64,000 nucleotides of DNA. Origin: Squalus acanthias (lineage: Eukaryota). This document shows positions 62,495 to 64,000 of this stretch, in pieces. The number at the start of each line of letters is the position of its first letter. The first letter of the stretch is position 1. The DNA lies in NCBI GenBank assembly GCA_030390025.1, contig CM059432.1, positions 138,510,001 through 138,574,000 of the forward strand, in the 5' to 3' direction. Both the position numbers and the translations under genes were made by a program. Under the pieces are notes generated by a model. That model saw only the letters and a list, made by a program, of their open reading frames with translations, made no database searches and was not told the origin of the DNA.

Positions 62495-63719
62495 AAAAGC
62501 ACTCAGCTGTAGATTACTGCTTCGTTTCTCTGGCTACAGGCAGATGTTTTGCTTGCGTCACCTCCTCTCCTTCCTGTGCGCCCTCCTCCTGATGTGGGGA
62601 TGGAAGGCCTGCTCCCTCATCTTCATCTTAATCAGCATTATCCTCTTCAGCTTCAGGAAGGACTAATCCTTTCTACATGGTGATAATATGCAGAATACAG
62701 CCAACCACAGTGATTGTAGAGACACTTACTGGACTACATTCAGGGCTCCTCCACCAGATATATCAAGGTACCTCAAACAACAACTGCAACAACAACCACC
62801 TACATTTTATACAGCGCCTTTAACGTAGTAAAATATCCCAAGGCGCTTCACAGGAGTGTTATCAAACAAAATTTGACACCGAGCCACATATATTAGGACT
62901 GGTGACCAAAAAGCTTTGTCAAAGAGGTAAGTTTTAAGGAGTGTCTTAAAGAAGAGAGAGGCGGAGAGGTTTAGGGAGGGAATTCCAGAGCTGTGGGCCT
63001 GGACAGCTGAAGGCACGGCCGCCAATGGTGGAGCGATTAAAATCGGGGATGCGCAAGAGGCCAGAATTGGAGGAGTGCAGAGATCTCGGAGGGTTGCAGG
63101 GCTGGAGGAGGTTACAGAGATAGGAAGGGGCGAGGCCTTGGAGGAATTTGAAAACAAGGATGAGAATTTTTAAATTGAAGTGTTGCTCAAATGGGAGCCA
63201 GCACAGGGGTGATGTGCTAAAACAAGAGTTCAAAATGCCAATGGTCTGCTCTATTAAAATTCTTGTAGTCCCAGGTGTCGCATTACACTTGTTTATCCCC
63301 TGTCTGTGAAAGTCTTACTGGAGTCCAAAGCCATGACTTCAGGGGATATCCTGATCACCAATCAACCAACCTCTGAGTCATCAAGCCTGGTATGGTGCAT
63401 TGTCACATGATAAAAGTGTCAGGATAGCTTCCTGGATAGCGGGGATTAATGTGCAGGATGAGGCGATTAGTATCACTCACTAGCTGGATGTTTACAGCAT
63501 GAAATTCTTTCCCATTAATGAAGTCGAGGGGGGCTGCCATGTGGCTTTTGAGACCACATCTGTTCTGTCAATTGCTTCTCGCACATGTGGGAACTCTGCC
63601 CGTCTATAAAACTGGACGGCTTGCTCTCTTTATTTCATCGGTTCCACGGAGAAGGTACTAAGCAGTGAGGCCCATCTGGAGAGGGCTTCAATGACCTTCT
63701 TCACCCAATGTTGAGCTGT
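62495..63719 (-). pseudogene. PIF/Harbinger (HARBI1-like) DDE transposase pseudogene, interrupted by an L2 fragment
   Basis: Manual translation across stops and frameshifts: AEFPHVREAIDRTDV..., DFINGKEFHAVNIQLVSD...YPGSYPDTFI, GWLIGD-GYPLKSWLWTP, TRILIEQTIGIL, [L2], RYLDISGG..., VVGCILH..., acidic tail. These follow the HARBI1 motifs GAIDCTH, NRKGFHS.NVQ, PGS.HD, LGD..YP, IE..FG.LK.RFR.L in order. Confidence 0.88.
62775..63213 (-). mobile_element. L2 LINE 3' end inserted in the Harbinger transposase
   Basis: Family match. The transposase frame continues on both sides. Confidence 0.85.
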
Positions 63720-64000
63720 CTGAGGCTGAACCAGACCGTTCGCAACCTTGGCGTCCTATTTGACCCTGGGATGAGCTTCTGACCACATATCCGCTCCATC
63801 ACAAAGACTGCCTGCTTCCACCTCCGTAACATCGTCCGTCTCCACCCCTGCCTCAGCTCATCTGCTGCTGAAACCCTCATCCATGCCTTTGTTACCTCTA
63901 GACTCGACTATTCCAATGCTTTCCTGGCCGACCTCCCGTTTTACAAGCTCCATAAACTTGAGCTCATCCAAAACTCTGCTGCCCGTGTCCTAACTCGCGC
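63717..64000 (+). mobile_element. L2 LINE fragment running off the window end
   Basis: Homologous to about 28005-28280 (RNLGVLFD...SRLDYSNA). Confidence 0.85.

Noticed and set aside
62495..63719. Functional host HARBI1 gene
   Set aside because: Multiple stops and frameshifts, an L2 insertion, and transposon context.
38400..64000. ZADH2 exon 2
   Set aside because: No FVGxNASD-type or long MDR-family ORF on the plus strand; it presumably lies beyond the window.

Overview
Vertebrate genomic DNA, almost certainly from a cartilaginous fish (shark-type repeats: Deu-domain tRNA-derived SINE of SacSINE1 type, CR1/HER1-like and L2 LINEs, Penelope, RTE, PIF/Harbinger). The window centres on a head-to-head gene pair. 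TSHZ1 coding exon 1 (MPRRKQQAPRRSA, minus strand, 36235-36274) faces ZADH2/PTGR3 coding exon 1 (plus strand, 38248-38399). Everything left of 36235 is inferred TSHZ1 intron 1 and everything right of 38399 is inferred ZADH2 intron 1; neither second exon is in the window. The introns contain candidate developmental enhancers (a perfect DR5 retinoic-acid element, PBX-HOX and MEIS motif clusters) and many nested retroelements. The most notable hidden content is a PIF/Harbinger system absent from the ORF track as such: a degraded DDE transposase converging on a Myb/SANT-like partner remnant (about 59.9-63.7 kb), a TIR/TSD-bounded element that keeps an open Myb/SANT exon, and several related MITEs with 3-bp TSDs. 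Penelope termini carry minimal hammerhead ribozyme motifs. I see no CRISPR array or prokaryotic system. All family assignments come from recalled motifs, not database searches, and repeat boundaries are approximate unless a TIR or TSD is stated.
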